Positions 16,171 through 28,994 of a stretch of DNA of 64,000 bases are shown in pieces; within the stretch, counting starts at the first letter, position 1, and each line of letters opens with the position of its first letter. Source of the stretch: Octopus sinensis. Lineage: Eukaryota. The translations under genes were made by a program, and so were the position numbers. The stretch spans positions 78,864,001 to 78,928,000 of the forward strand of contig NC_043003.1 of assembly GCF_006345805.1 (NCBI RefSeq), in the 5' to 3' direction. The notes beneath the pieces were generated by a model. The model was not told the origin of the DNA. It made no database searches and was given only the letters and a program-made list of their open reading frames with translations.

Positions 16171-16363
16171 TAGGGGACTTTTTGAATGGCACACTATACG
16201 AAAAATTACTTTCAACATTCTTAGTAGTGCGGCCCGCCTGATGATGGACCCGTTTCTCGGAAAAGGTTGCCCATGCCTGGCTTAACATAGGTTTCCTTAA
16301 GATCATTGCATTGTTCTTAAATTATGGCTGAGCTATTTGTCCACATTCCAGATTTATGAACCA

Positions 16364-16763
16364 CTAGCAGTATCGCCCGGCGTTGCTCGGGTTTGTAAGG
16401 GAAATAACCATATAAGCATTTTTAGAGAGTTATAGCCAAAAAATAGCAAAAACAAAAATGCATTAAAAATGGAAAAAAAATTATGGTAAATTTTTTTTTA
16501 AAATCGTTGACACATCGTAGACATTTTTAGAGAGTTACTTCCCTTATATAATAGCGAAAAAATGCATTAAAATGGAAAAAAATGGTAAATTATTTTTAAA
16601 ATCGTAGACTCATCGTAGACGCGCGCTAGTACCCAGAAGGGCTCGATATGAATCACGACTATAAGATACCTGCTTTTGGTTACACTGCACCGCAAAATGT
16701 GGGAGTAGTTAGGAATCTAAATCGTAGGAGGCAGACACACAACTTCACTTTTATATATAAAGA
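16364..16763 (-). mobile_element. Non-autonomous Helitron family E, copy 1
   Basis: Minus strand TCTTTATATATAAAAGTGAAGTTG...cccgagcaacgccgggcgatactgCTAG, inserted at A|T. Confidence 0.9.
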
Positions 16764-17292
16764 TATGTCACAGCTCATAGTAGGCATCATTCAATTCATC
16801 GTTTCGGAGTTATGGTGATACTGAGCTTGAAATGGATCCAAGCTCAGCGGGAAGTCTGCCACCACAGCGTAATTCTGCGCTAGTTCTTCGCTTTCTTGTA
16901 CTGCATTACTGAGATTTCTTGACTTAAGTCGATATAATAGTCAACCTTCCTTAATGGTTTCATTCTCTACATTTTCGCAGTTTCCTCGTCCAGTTTTTCG
17001 TTTGTCATTATCTCTTTTATTTCTTTTTTTTTTTTTTCTTTTCTAACTTCACATGAAGACTGGCCGTTGATTGCGTTATTGAGTTAGCGACAAAATAACA
17101 GTCCGAAAACCGGACGCAAGCGTGTACGTGGTGTGTCTGTATGTGTATGTGTGTGTGAGTGTGTGTGTGTGTGTGTGTATGTGCGTGTGAGTTCTTACAT
17201 GTATTTGTATGCATGATTACATATATTCATATACATTGGTATGTACTTTTACGTGACCTGATGTATGCATGCAGGCAAGCACAGATACGTAC

Positions 17293-17330
<38 letters not shown>

Positions 17331-17422
17331 TTATGTATGTATGTATGCATGTGTGTATGTATGTATGTATTATGTATGCATGCATGCATGCATGCATGTA
17401 TGTATGTATGTATGTATGTATG

Positions 17423-17478
<56 letters not shown>

Positions 17479-17789
17479 CTTTGTCTGTCTGTCTATCTGT
17501 CTATCTGTCTATCTAAGCCATCACTGTATTTAAATACAGTTCCTGTCTTGATTACTTCTATGTGAAATAAAAATAAATAAATAAAAATGACCAGCCTGAC
17601 TGCAGTTTAAATAGCATTATTTTGACAAGTATGTCAGCTTCCACGAACGTACCTTATGCATTTTTTCAGGCCTAATATTTAGGGATTTAGTCATTTCTGT
17701 GTATCTAAGCCGTTTACGAAACTATCCATATTATGTTCTACTTTACCTAATAAAGTTATATTTTCTTCAATAATATATATTGATTTCGA

Positions 17790-18243
17790 ATCTTGGCACA
17801 TTGCCAGCAAGATCGAGGGAGTGGGTAAGTCGATTACTTCGACCACAGTAATCAACTCTAATTCTTATTTTATCAATACCGGAAGGATGAAAGGCAAAGT
17901 CAATCCTGGCAGAATTTGAACTCAGAACGTAAGGACGTACGGAATGCCGCGAAGCATTTTGCCCGGCGCACTAACGATTCTGCCAGTTCACCGCCTCCTT
18001 CCGTAGTATATATTTCTTTACTACCCACAAGGGGCTAAACACAGAGGGGACAAACAAGGACAGACAAACGGATTAAGTCAATTACATTGACCCCAGTGCG
18101 TAACTGGTAGTTAATTTATCGACCCCGAAAGGATGGAAGGTGAAGTCGACCTCGACGGAATTTGAACTCAGAACGTAACGGCAGACGAAATACGGCTACG
18201 CATTTCGCCCGGCGTGCTAACGTTTCTGCCAGCTCGCCGTCTT
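17790..18243 (-). mobile_element. Two family B SINEs; the younger (18011-18243) has a 16-bp TSD
   Basis: TSD ctccttccgtagtata at 17995-18010 and 18244-18259. Confidence 0.9.
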
Positions 18244-18380
18244 CTCCTTCCGTAGTATATGTTAAGATTATAAATTTCACGTTCAATTAGATTTGCATGA
18301 ATGCATTTTTTCCCAATTTTTTCTCTCCCTTTCTTTTTGATTTGTAATATTTAGCACTTATTTATGTTTTTTTGCGTAGC

Positions 18381-19368
18381 TGAATTTCGTCTGCCGTTAC
18401 GTTCTGAGTTCAAATTCCGCCGAGGTCGACTTTGCCTTTCATCCTTTCGGGGTCGATAAATTAAGTACCAGTTACGCACTGAGGGTCGATGTAGTCGACT
18501 TAATCCGTTTGTCTGTCCTTGTTTGTCCCCTCTGTGTTTAGCCCCTTGTGGGTAGTAAAGAAATAATGAAAGTACCAGCTGAGCACTAAGGTCGATGTAA
18601 TCGCTTAGCCTACTCCCCACAAATTAAGGGCCTTGTGCCTATAGCAGAAAGAATTATTATTAGCGGTATAAATATTTGTTAGAGAAACTGAAAGGAAGGT
18701 ATTATATCCATAGATCACCATTATGTCATTACGTTTCCATCTTGTAAATAGTTAACAAGACAAATACATAAATAAATAAATAAATAAATAAAATAGTGGT
18801 GTACGTGACTTGAACTTTAGTATTTGATCTGAGAGATTTTAGCTGCTATGTCAAGCCGATCAAGCGATCATTTCTTTAGAAATTTTGCGAACCAATATCA
18901 ATCAAAAGGATTCGTGTTTTGTTAAAATTATTCCACTATTGTATAACTTTTGATCAACATTTATTTACTTAATTAGATCTCATAAATGTAAAATTTTATT
19001 CCAATAAAACTGGAGGGCGGTGAGCTGGCAGAATCGTTAGCACTCCGGGCGAAATGCCTAGCGGTATTTCGTATGCCGCTACGTTCTGAGTTCAAATTCC
19101 GGCGAAGTCGACTTTGCCTTTCATCCTTTCGGGGTCGATTAAATGAGTACCAGTTACGCACTGTTGTCGATATAATCGACTTAATCCGTTCGTCTGTCCT
19201 TGTTTGTCCCCTCTGTGTTTAGCCCCTTGTGGGTAGTAAAGAAATAGGTATTTTAAAGGTGGTGAGCTTGCAGAAACGTTAGCACGCCAGGCGAAATGCT
19301 TAGCAGTATTTCGTCTGCCGCTACGTTCTGAGTTCAAATTCCGCCGTGGTCGACTTTGCCTTTCATCC
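18381..19368 (+). mobile_element. Cluster of family B SINEs flanking a duplicated unique spacer
   Basis: B bodies at about 18381-18564, 18565-18660, 19016-19248 and 19257-19368. Confidence 0.85.
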
Positions 19369-19384
19369 TTTTTTTGCGAGAAGT

Positions 19385-19622
19385 CGTTATTGACAAACAA
19401 CAGCAGTAATTTTATTCAGCTGAATGCACATCATTGACTGGCTGAAATTACAGAAATACGATAACTTTAACACGAAATAACTTCGTAAATAGAAACTTTT
19501 TCTCAACAACGCTAAGAGTAAAAGATGTTTTATATGACGCATTCTACCAGTGTCCGAGGTTTGAAAGTGTTTAGTTACCAAAAATTAATTTCTCGATCTG
19601 CCGATGAAAGTGAAAAGATTCC
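19385..19622. mobile_element. Isolated arm of long-TIR MITE family X
   Basis: ataactttaacacgaaataacttc...gaaagtgtttagtta matches the arms at 41395, 55015, 55512 and 61690. Confidence 0.75.
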
Positions 19623-19787
19623 TATGTTTAGCCCCCTGTGGGCAATAGAGAAATAAATATTTAGCACTTTTGGTATGATTACACTGCTGAACAGGTGTTG
19701 ATAGCAATAGTTGCCTTATTCAATAATTCAGTCGATGAGTAACAAGTAGACATGCATGCTTTAGGTGTATATAAATCACCATCATCA

Positions 19788-19789
<2 letters not shown>

Positions 19790-19830
<41 letters not shown>

Positions 19831-20300
19831 CATTAGCATCAAAGGTGTCACTGTTGTTATCATCGTTGTCGTCGTTGCCATCATCGTTGCAATCGTCATC
19901 GTCGCCGTCGTCGTCGTCGTCATCGTGTAGTCATCGTCGTTGTAGTCGTCGTCGTCATCGTCGCCTGTGTCATCCATTTTGTATCGTTGTCGTCGTCGCG
20001 GTCGTTTTCGTTGCCGTTGTCATCGTTGCCTTTGTTGTCATCATTGTCGTCGCCGTCGTCGTCACTGTGGACGTTGTAGTTGCTGTCACCTTTGTCGTCG
20101 TCGTCGCTGCCGTCGCTGCCATTGTCATCGCCGTTGGTGACATCGTTGTTGTCTTCTTCTCCTTCTTCTTCTTCTTCTTCTTCTTCTTCTTCTTCTGTCT
20201 TCTTCTTCTTTTCTTCTTCTTCTTCTCTTCCTCCTCCTCTCTTCCTCCTCCTCCTCCTTCTTCTCTTCTTCTTCTTTTCTTCTTCTTCTTCTTCTTTTCT
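19790..20300. repeat. Representative compound microsatellite block (ATC/GTC/TTC); similar blocks at 3570-3690, 4060-4170, 12480-12680, 40520-41240, 45700-46180, 47100-47340, 47960-48320, 24920-25400, 28680-28990, 63000-63340
   Basis: Directly visible simple repeats; these explain most entries in the ORF track. Confidence 0.97.
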
Positions 20301-20589
20301 TCCAATCAGGACTCACACTATTAGCCACAAAGAATAATCTCTAATTCGAGCCTACTCTAAGCTACTAAGAACGCGTGTGGCAACTTGAAGATCCACCCAC
20401 CACACGCAATAGACTGGCGGTTGCACGAGTGCGAAAGCTACGTTGTTATCCTCATTCCGTAAACGGTGACTTTTTTTTACGGGTGGAGAGCTGAACGATC
20501 CTGGGGTACAGAGGATTCGGAATCTAGACTAGGGTCTGAAAGTTTTACCACACCATAGTGCGTTATACCATGGTTCCTCTGTTCCTACT

Positions 20590-20797
20590 TCTTCGTGGCA
20601 GAAGTAGGAAGAAAGAATGAGAGAAAGTTCTGGTGAAAGAGTACAGCGGGGTTCACCAATCCACCCCCCTGCTGGAGCCTCGTGGAGCTTAGGTATTTTT
20701 TGCGCAATAAACACTCACAATGCCCGGTCTGCGAATCGAAACCGCGATCGTACGACCGCGAGTCCGCTGCCCTAACCACTGGGTCATTGTGCCTCCA
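20590..20797 (-). mobile_element. Partial family D SINE
   Basis: tggaggcacaatgacccagtggttagggcagcggactcgcggtcgtacgatcgcggtttcgattc tRNA-like head. Confidence 0.85.
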
Positions 20798-21450
20798 TTG
20801 TCGTTGTTGTTGTTGTCGTCGCTGTTGGCATCGTTGTTGTCTTTTGAAGTTCACTTTCCGTAGCTTAATTGAATCTGACAAAATTCGTTGAAACAAGCTT
20901 ACTACAACCGGATTCTTTTCCAATCGCTAACACTCGACTATTTCCAAATAAAATAGTATTCTCTCTCCTACTCCTTCCAACAAAGAGTGCAGGCTGATCC
21001 CCCCCCACACACACAACACAGAGGCGTACTGAAACAAACAAGCTCACACGCACACGAAGACAAACGCGCACACACACACGCACGCACGCATAATTATTGA
21101 TTTATTACTATTATTAGACGTTAAGATGCATTCCTTTACATTCCTATATTGCCATCTTATAGCTGTTATGTTTTTTTTTAATCATATATATGTAGATATA
21201 ATGGTAATGCATAGATCGCACTTGTATACAAAATCCCATAATCCTGGTATGAATATATATCTGTAAACAAATTGATCCCAGGCCGCGCACGCGTCTCTAC
21301 ATATGTAAATAAAAGCATATGTATGTATCTTTGATGTGTGCATATAGCATATATATATATATATATATAAATAGATGTGTGTATTTTTCCCTTGTCAACA
21401 ATATGCATATATATATAATATATATATATATATAGATAATATATAATATT

Positions 21451-21859
21451 ACTCTTTACTCTTTTACTGTTTCAGTCATTTGACTGCGGCATGCTGGAGC
21501 ACCGCCTTTTGTCGAGCAAATCGGACCCCCGGACTTATTCTTTGTAAGCGTAGTTACTTATTCTATCGGTCTCTTTTGCGCGAACTAAGTTACAGGGACG
21601 TAAAACACAAGCATAGGTTGTCAAGCGATGTTGGGGGAACAAACACAGACACACAAACATATACACCACACATATAGATATATATACATATACACGACGT
21701 GCTTCTTTCAGTTTCCGTCTACCAAATCCACTCACAAGGCTTTGGTCGGCCCGAGGCTATAGTAGAAGACACTTGCCCAAGGTGCCACGCAATGGGACTG
21801 AACCCAGAACCATGTGGTTCGTAAGCAAGCTACATACCACACAGCCACTCCTGCGCCTA
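21451..21859 (-). mobile_element. SINE family A, full length
   Basis: Complete head (ataggcgcaggagtggctg) through the gagtaaagag tail. Confidence 0.9.
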
Positions 21860-22087
21860 TATATATATATATATATCCCGAAACCAGGCTGGTCTGCTGG
21901 TCTCGTCACTAGAAGGTGGTAGGGCTTCGCTCCTCTGCTCGCAATATCTCGGAGTAGCTGTGCATCGTTAACCAGCTAGAGGAGATGTCGTCTTAAGGTA
22001 AAATAAAAAATTTAAAAAAACGGACTGCCATGTTAAAGGGGGCTACGAACTACTATGTTGATCTCTTAGAGAGATTTTAGAACTAGC

Positions 22088-22118
<31 letters not shown>

Positions 22119-22130
22119 GATATAATATAT

Positions 22131-22175
<45 letters not shown>

Positions 22176-22190
22176 GTGTGTGTGTGTTTG

Positions 22191-22494
22191 TGAAGGCGCA
22201 TGGCTCAGTGGTTAATATTTCGAATTCCGGACCGGCTGCGTGTTGTGTTCTTGAGCAAGAGACTTTATTTCACGTTATTCCAGTTCACTACGTTGTAAAA
22301 ATGAGTTGCGACGTTACAGGTACCAAGCTGTATCGGTCTTTGCCTTTCCCTTGAATAACACTGGTGGCGTGGCGAGGAGAAGCTGGTATGCATAAATAAG
22401 CTGGTCTTCCATAAACAACCTTGCCCGGACTTGTGCCTGAGAGGGTAACTTTCTAGGTGCAATCCCATGGTTAGTCATGACCCAAGGGGGTCTC
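22191..22494 (+). mobile_element. SINE family C (deletion in tRNA head)
   Basis: tgaaggcgcatggctcagtggtta...gtgttgtgttcttgagcaagagacttt...gggggtctc; homologous to 42887-43223 and 57976-58290. Confidence 0.85.
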
Positions 22495-22502
22495 AGCATA
22501 TA

Positions 22503-22896
22503 TCTTTATATATAAAAGTCAAGTTGTTTGTCTGTCTCCTACGATTTAGATTCCTAACTACTCCCACATTTTGCGGTGCAGTTTAACCAACACCGGGTAT
22601 CTTATAGTCGTGTTCATATCGAGCCCTTCTGGTTATTAGCGCGCGTCTACGATGAGTCTACGATTAAAAAAAAAATTACCATATTTTTTTTCCATTTTTA
22701 ATGCATTTTTTCGCTATCATATAAGGGAAGTAACTCTCTAAAAATGTCTATGATGAGTCAACGATTTTCAAAAAAATTTACCATCATTTTTTCCATTTTT
22801 GATGCATTTTTTGCTATTTTTTGGCTATAACTCTCCAAAAATGCTTATATAGTTATTTCCCTTACAAACCCGAGCAACGCCGGGCGATACTGCTAG
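22503..22896 (+). mobile_element. Non-autonomous Helitron family E, copy 2
   Basis: A|TCTTTATATATAAAAG...cccgagcaacgccgggcgatactgCTAG|T. Confidence 0.9.
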
Positions 22897-23199
22897 TATA
22901 TATATAAATATATATATATATATACATTCGTACATATACACATACATACATGCATACATGTGTGTGTGTGTGTGTAAGCATATATATATGCACAAGGTTC
23001 AGGCAAAATAACGGCAATATCACTTTTCATTTAACTATTTTCTTCTATTGGCAATATGACAAACTTTATACTCTTCAAGTCAGTATATATATGTTCATAT
23101 ACACTATATAAGCCTTCTTCCACTTCATGAAATATCGCCCTGATTTTCTTTTCTTCTTTTTTTTTGCAGCTTTTGCAGATATTTATATATAAATGATTT

Positions 23200-23580
23200 T
23201 TAAAAATACTGGACTGCAGGTGGCAGGAGCTGCCACCTGACTAAAACTGTTGAATTGTTTAATATTTCGGAATTTGCAGTCCCTAAAATCTGGTTGTCGT
23301 TTATATTCTAAAGTAAAATCAATTCTGGCATACACACGTGATTCATTGCTGTAAGAGGAATTCGGGATACCCCAATGTTTTGATTTATTATGTACCTCCT
23401 CGGTGGAAGCCATCTCTCTGACCGACAATAGCATGAACTCCTGTTTATAGGAATCAACAAATAAATCATCTGAGGGAGAAGTTGTTCTTCGTTGACGACA
23501 GGCAGTAGCAACGATCATAAGTGCGGGAACAAAAATTTTGCTTATGGGCTGCAAACCCAGGTCCAAAAGGTTTTACAAAC
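23200..23580 (+). mobile_element. Tc1-like transposase N-terminal (HTH) relic
   Basis: GLQVAGAAT..TKTVELFNISEFAVPKIW...KRNSGYPNVL resembles the Tc1 GAR.AGASVTKTAELF.VSR.TVSK...K.NSGR.RKL segment; frameshifted. Confidence 0.5.
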
Positions 23581-23628
23581 AAAGTCGATATTTTCAAAAC
23601 AAACTCACGTATAATAATATCAATCATT

Positions 23629-24014
23629 GGATGGAAGCACTCCGTCGGTTACGACGACGAGGGTTCCGGTGGATACGAATCAACGGAACAGCCTGCTCGT
23701 GAAATTAACGTGTAAGTTGGCTGAGCACTCCACAGACACTGCACCCCTTAACGTGTTCTCGGGGATATTCAGCGTGACACAGAGAGTGACAAAGCCGGCC
23801 TCTTGAAATACAGGTACAACAGAAACAGGAAGTAAGAGTGAGAGAAAGTTGTGGTGAAGAGTACAGCAGGGATCAACCATCCCCTGCCGGAGCCTCGTGG
23901 AGCTTAGGTGTTTTCGCTCAATAAACACTCACAACGCCCGTCCTGGGAATCGAAACCCGCGATCCTACGACCGCGAGTCCGCTGTCCCTAACCACTGGGC
24001 CATTGCGCCTCCAC
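23629..24014 (-). mobile_element. SINE family D, full length, 13-bp TSD
   Basis: TSD aatatcaatcatt at 23616-23628 and 24015-24027; near-identical to 38267-38652. Confidence 0.92.
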
Positions 24015-24212
24015 AATATCAATCATTATTATAATGCTGTCTATCAAAAATTTCAGTGGGGTGCGCTTGCACCTCCTGCAACTCCTGTTCCCGAGCCAAT
24101 GACAACGATCGGGATATTTACGTTAAAATCAGCCAGATTGTATTGCTAATGAATGGATGCGTTATTGCTTCGATTCTCTCTGTCCTGCGTACGTTCCATG
24201 GATTATCATCTA

Positions 24213-24611
24213 CGAGCAGTATCGCCCGGCGTTACTCGGGTTTGTAAGGGAAATAACTATATAACCATTTTTAGAGATGTAAAGTATAATAGCCATCTCA
24301 TTATGGTTAACCACAAAGGGGGGGGGGTGTTACTGTAGCTTTTTACGTTCTGAGATTTAATAATACATTTTTAGAGAGTTACTTCCCTTATATAATAGCA
24401 GAAAAATTCATTACAAATGGGAAAAAATGATGGTAAATTTTTTTTTAAATCGTAGACTCATCGTAGACGCGCGCTAATACCCAGAAGGGCTCGATATGAA
24501 TCACGACTATAAGATACCCACTTTTGGTTACACTGCACCGCAAAATGTGGGAGTAGTTAGGAATCTAAATCGTAGGAGACAGACACACAACTTCACTTTT
24601 ATATATAAAGA
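24213..24611 (-). mobile_element. Non-autonomous Helitron family E, copy 3 (3' CTAG mutated)
   Basis: Same 5' end and subterminal hairpin as copies 1 and 2; the plus strand shows cgag in place of ctag. Confidence 0.85.
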
Positions 24612-24920
24612 TTTGGAAGACATGAAGCGCATCAGCAAATGATTTGTTCCCCGATTTCTATAAGCAAGAGCTCTTGTTCTCGTTAATCCATTGGTCCAAG
24701 GGGTGGTTTTTCATTGAGGACGCACCCAATAAGGTCGAAATGGTGTCTTAAGTCGCCTTACGCCGGTGAATTGTATCTTTGCATATATCGGCACGAAGCT
24801 TCTGTTGACGAAAAGCGGCAGCGATCAGGTATGTTCGAATCTGCTAGACCGCTTTGAGAATAAATAAAATGGGTGCATTAGTAACGATATCACTTCAATT
24901 CCTCTTACTGGCTCCACCAA

Positions 24921-24985
<65 letters not shown>

Positions 24986-25024
24986 CTATCTATCTATCTA
25001 TCTATCTTTCTATCTATCTATCTA

Positions 25025-25055
<31 letters not shown>

Positions 25056-25073
25056 ATCTATCTGTCTATTTGT

Positions 25074-25126
<53 letters not shown>

Positions 25127-25212
25127 GGTCTGTCGTCTCGCTCTATATATATTATACACGCGGGCACGCACACATATGTATATATATTATATTAGATATA
25201 TATATAGATTTA

Positions 25213-25243
<31 letters not shown>

Positions 25244-25317
25244 CGCGTATGTATGTGTGTATGTTTGTGTGTATAGCTAGATAGATGCATGGATAGACAA
25301 ACAGGTACGCATTAGAT

Positions 25318-25350
<33 letters not shown>

Positions 25351-25351
25351 A

Positions 25352-25404
<53 letters not shown>

Positions 25405-25529
25405 CAGATAGGTAGGTAGACACATATATGCAAATATATATATTTAAATGTATATCTAAACTTAACAACCATGATAGAAATTTACACAGTGCCTTCGAAG
25501 GCCTTCATTCACATCCGCACACACACACA

Positions 25530-25585
<56 letters not shown>

Positions 25586-25825
25586 CGCACGCGCACACAC
25601 GCGCTCTCACCCACACGTACCTACTCACATATCCCACCTTTCCACCTACACAAACACCGCCTACTACACATACCAAAGTGTCCTTTTCCAACAGGCAAAT
25701 AACGACCAATCAATATTGCTGGCTTTTCCAACGGCGAACATCGTTGTAGCGGATAACTGCAAATTCTGATAAATTCTTCGCTTTCTGACACGCATATACT
25801 TCCACTATATAGCTCATCAATATAT

Positions 25826-25904
<79 letters not shown>

Positions 25905-26100
25905 GCATTCGCTACACGGCCAGCACGCGCGCACACGCGTTGTCAAATTATAAATGTGTGGATGCATGAACGCAGCTACTTCTCCGTCATTTTTATCCAC
26001 TCGAGAAGCAACAAAGTGCATGCGTCCGCGCACAGATATCTGTGTGCGCGCATGCGTGCATGCGTGTAGGCGTGCGGGTGTATATACTAATATAATATAT

Positions 26101-26329
26101 AAGGCGGCGAGCTGGCAGAAACGTTAGCACGTCGGGCGAAATGCGTAGCCGTATTTCGTCTGCCGTTACGTCCTGAGTTCAAATTCCGCCAGGTCGACTT
26201 TGCCTTTCATCCTTTCGGGGTCGATTAAATAAGTACCAGTTACCCACTGGGGTCGATGTAATCGTTAATCCGTTTGTCTGTCCTTGTTTTGTCCCCTCTG
26301 TGTTTAGCCCCTTGGGCAGTAAAGAAATA
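26101..26329 (+). mobile_element. SINE family B (B1 tail), full length
   Basis: aaggcggcgagctggcag...agtaaagaaata. Confidence 0.9.
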
Positions 26330-27149
26330 ATATATATATATATATATATAATATGATATATATTGAAATATATATATTTAAAAGAAAAAAAAACTTTAAA
26401 AAATAATAAAAGGCGGTGCTCCAGCATGGCCGCAGTCAAATGACTGAAACAAGTAAAAAAAAAATATATATATATGTATGCTTATATATAAATGATGTAT
26501 GTGTGCGCGCGCGTGTGTGTGTGCGCGTGTATATGTGTGTGCGCGTGTATGTGTGTGTGTGTGTGTGTGTTGTATGTGTGTGTGTGTATGTGTGTGTGTG
26601 TGTGTGTGTGTATGTGTGTGTGTGTGTGTATGTGTGTGTGTGTACGTGTGTGTGTGCATGTGTATGTAGGTATGTCGGTCGGTATGTATGTATATGTGAC
26701 ACGTCCCGCAATCTTCTTCGACTTCCCTTTTACGAAAATAGACAGACAGACAGACACGCACACACACACACACACCACGTGATCAATATTTTCGCATTAT
26801 TTGCTCTTGTTGCTAGGACAATCCCCCTTGTCTTTTCCCACAGCTCAAACCTCGTGATCAGCAGCACTATATAGCATTCACAAAGCCAGCAGTTTCAGAA
26901 AATAATTACTTCCCTAAATATTTGCACCTTCTCGTAGTCACACACGCGCGCGAGCACACACACGCAGGCACACACACACATAATACATACATACACACAA
27001 AAACTCTCTCTCTCTCACTCTCACACACGCACACACACACAATACTGACTACCATATCATTCAAACCTAACGCTCTGCAAGTTTGACAATACTACACCTA
27101 TCTTGCCAATCGCCCTTGTAAAGAATATGAAATTATTATTTATTATTTG

Positions 27150-27900
27150 TCAGCTACACAGACCACTAATCAGTGATTTGCACGGTTGACTTAGGCAGGT
27201 ACCCGGTTAGTGGAAGCTGAACGCGTCACTCCTGGCGTGCCAAGCTTACAGAGACTGGATTATAGAATTAGTTAAGTAGGCGTTGACGGGTCAATCGTCG
27301 ACAACAAATGGTAGTTTGTCCTGAAAAGAGTAATTAGAGTAGAATCGATTAGGTAAGGCATTGGCGATAGAAAGAAATAGAATAGAAGGAAACTTAGTTA
27401 GAAACTTAGAAGAAAGAGGCGCTTAGAAAAGGCATCACAACCTACGTGCTTGCTGCGAGATTGACCCTGGATGAAGTGACATAGGTGCACATTGGTCAAA
27501 ATAGGTACATGGTTTACGAACCTGAGCAGTTGTGTGCATCATTTCAACAACACTTCACTCAACTCCGTGTGACTTGTGCCAAAGCTACGACATATGCAGC
27601 GCTTTCTTGATGGTGAGCAGGCGTGGTTGGCTTTTGTCAAACTCGTGCTTCCACAGCCCGTCACTCTGACGGAGCTGCAGGCCTAGATCAAGATTGAGGA
27701 AGGGCACCTGGTATCTAGAGTGTCGTCAGCCGCTCACAGTCCTCTGTCTGTCGGGCAAGGCGGCCGGTGGAAGTTTCACTCTGGCGTTCTATAGCGGGGT
27801 TAGTGGCAGGCAAGTGCGACTAACTCTTGGAGTAACTCTGTGCATCGACGAGAATCAACTGTTCGGTCTTTGACGAAGAACTTTCGAGCTGGGGCCTGTG
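27150..27900 (-). mobile_element. Unclassified retroelement-like repeat; links the 13.2 kb and 53 kb fragments
   Basis: 27690-27900 is homologous to 13180-13392; 27150-27440 is a diverged homolog of 52985-53290. Confidence 0.6.
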
Positions 27901-27938
27901 GGCGGCGGAGGAATTAATATTATTATCGTTATAGTAAT

Positions 27939-28325
27939 AAGGCAGCGAGCTGGCAGAAACGTTAGCACGCCGGGCGAAATGCTTAGTGGTATTTCATCTG
28001 CCGCTACGTTCTGAGTTCAAATTCTGCCATGGTCGACTTTGCCTTTCATCCTTTCGGGGTCTGTTAAATTAAGTACCAGTTACACACTAGGGACGATATA
28101 ATCGACTTAATCCGTTTGTCTGTCCTTGTTTGTCCTCTCTGTGTTTAGCCCCTTGTGGGTAGTAAAGAAATAGGTATTTCGTCTGTCGTTGCATCCTGAG
28201 TTCAAATTCCGCCGAGGTCGACTTTGCCTTTCATCCTTTCGGGTTCGATAAAATAAGTACCAGTTGAACAGTGGGGTCGACGTAAAATTGCTGCCTTAGT
28301 GGTAAAATTTGAAACCATTATTATT
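27939..28325 (+). mobile_element. Dimer-like family B SINE (B1 unit followed by headless B2 unit)
   Basis: Junction aaagaaata|ggtatttcgtc at 28172/28173. Confidence 0.85.
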
Positions 28326-28684
28326 GTTTGTTATAGTAAATAAATGCATATATGAAATCTATCTTCTCCGGATACAATCTCGGTTTCCTATAATAACACA
28401 CTGTAGTAAAATAACTCTGTTTCTAAAACAACTGGAGTGATCAGCGAATAGTAAAAAGGAAACCGACATAGAAAATGAGTGCTTATCTCCAAAGTTTGTG
28501 AAGTACAGAAATAAATACCCGAAAGTAACGGAAGGAACCGAAACATCAACATCAAGAATTCTGTCGTGTTCTCTTTGTTGATAAAGAAAAAGTAGCTTTA
28601 ATCACTGAAGTTAACAGTAAAAATACATTAGATGTATATTTACAGAAATGAGAATTATACTATGCAGATATGATTTTAACCGCG

Positions 28685-28753
<69 letters not shown>

Positions 28754-28754
28754 C

Positions 28755-28792
<38 letters not shown>

Positions 28793-28829
28793 GTCTGTCT
28801 GTCTGTCTCTCTGTCTGTCTATCGATCTG

Positions 28830-28944
<115 letters not shown>

Positions 28945-28957
28945 GATCTATATATAT

Positions 28958-28994
<37 letters not shown>

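Noticed and set aside
16820-16850. Hairpin ctgagcttg-N9-caagctcag
   Set aside because: An isolated 9-bp stem with no ribozyme core or terminator context.
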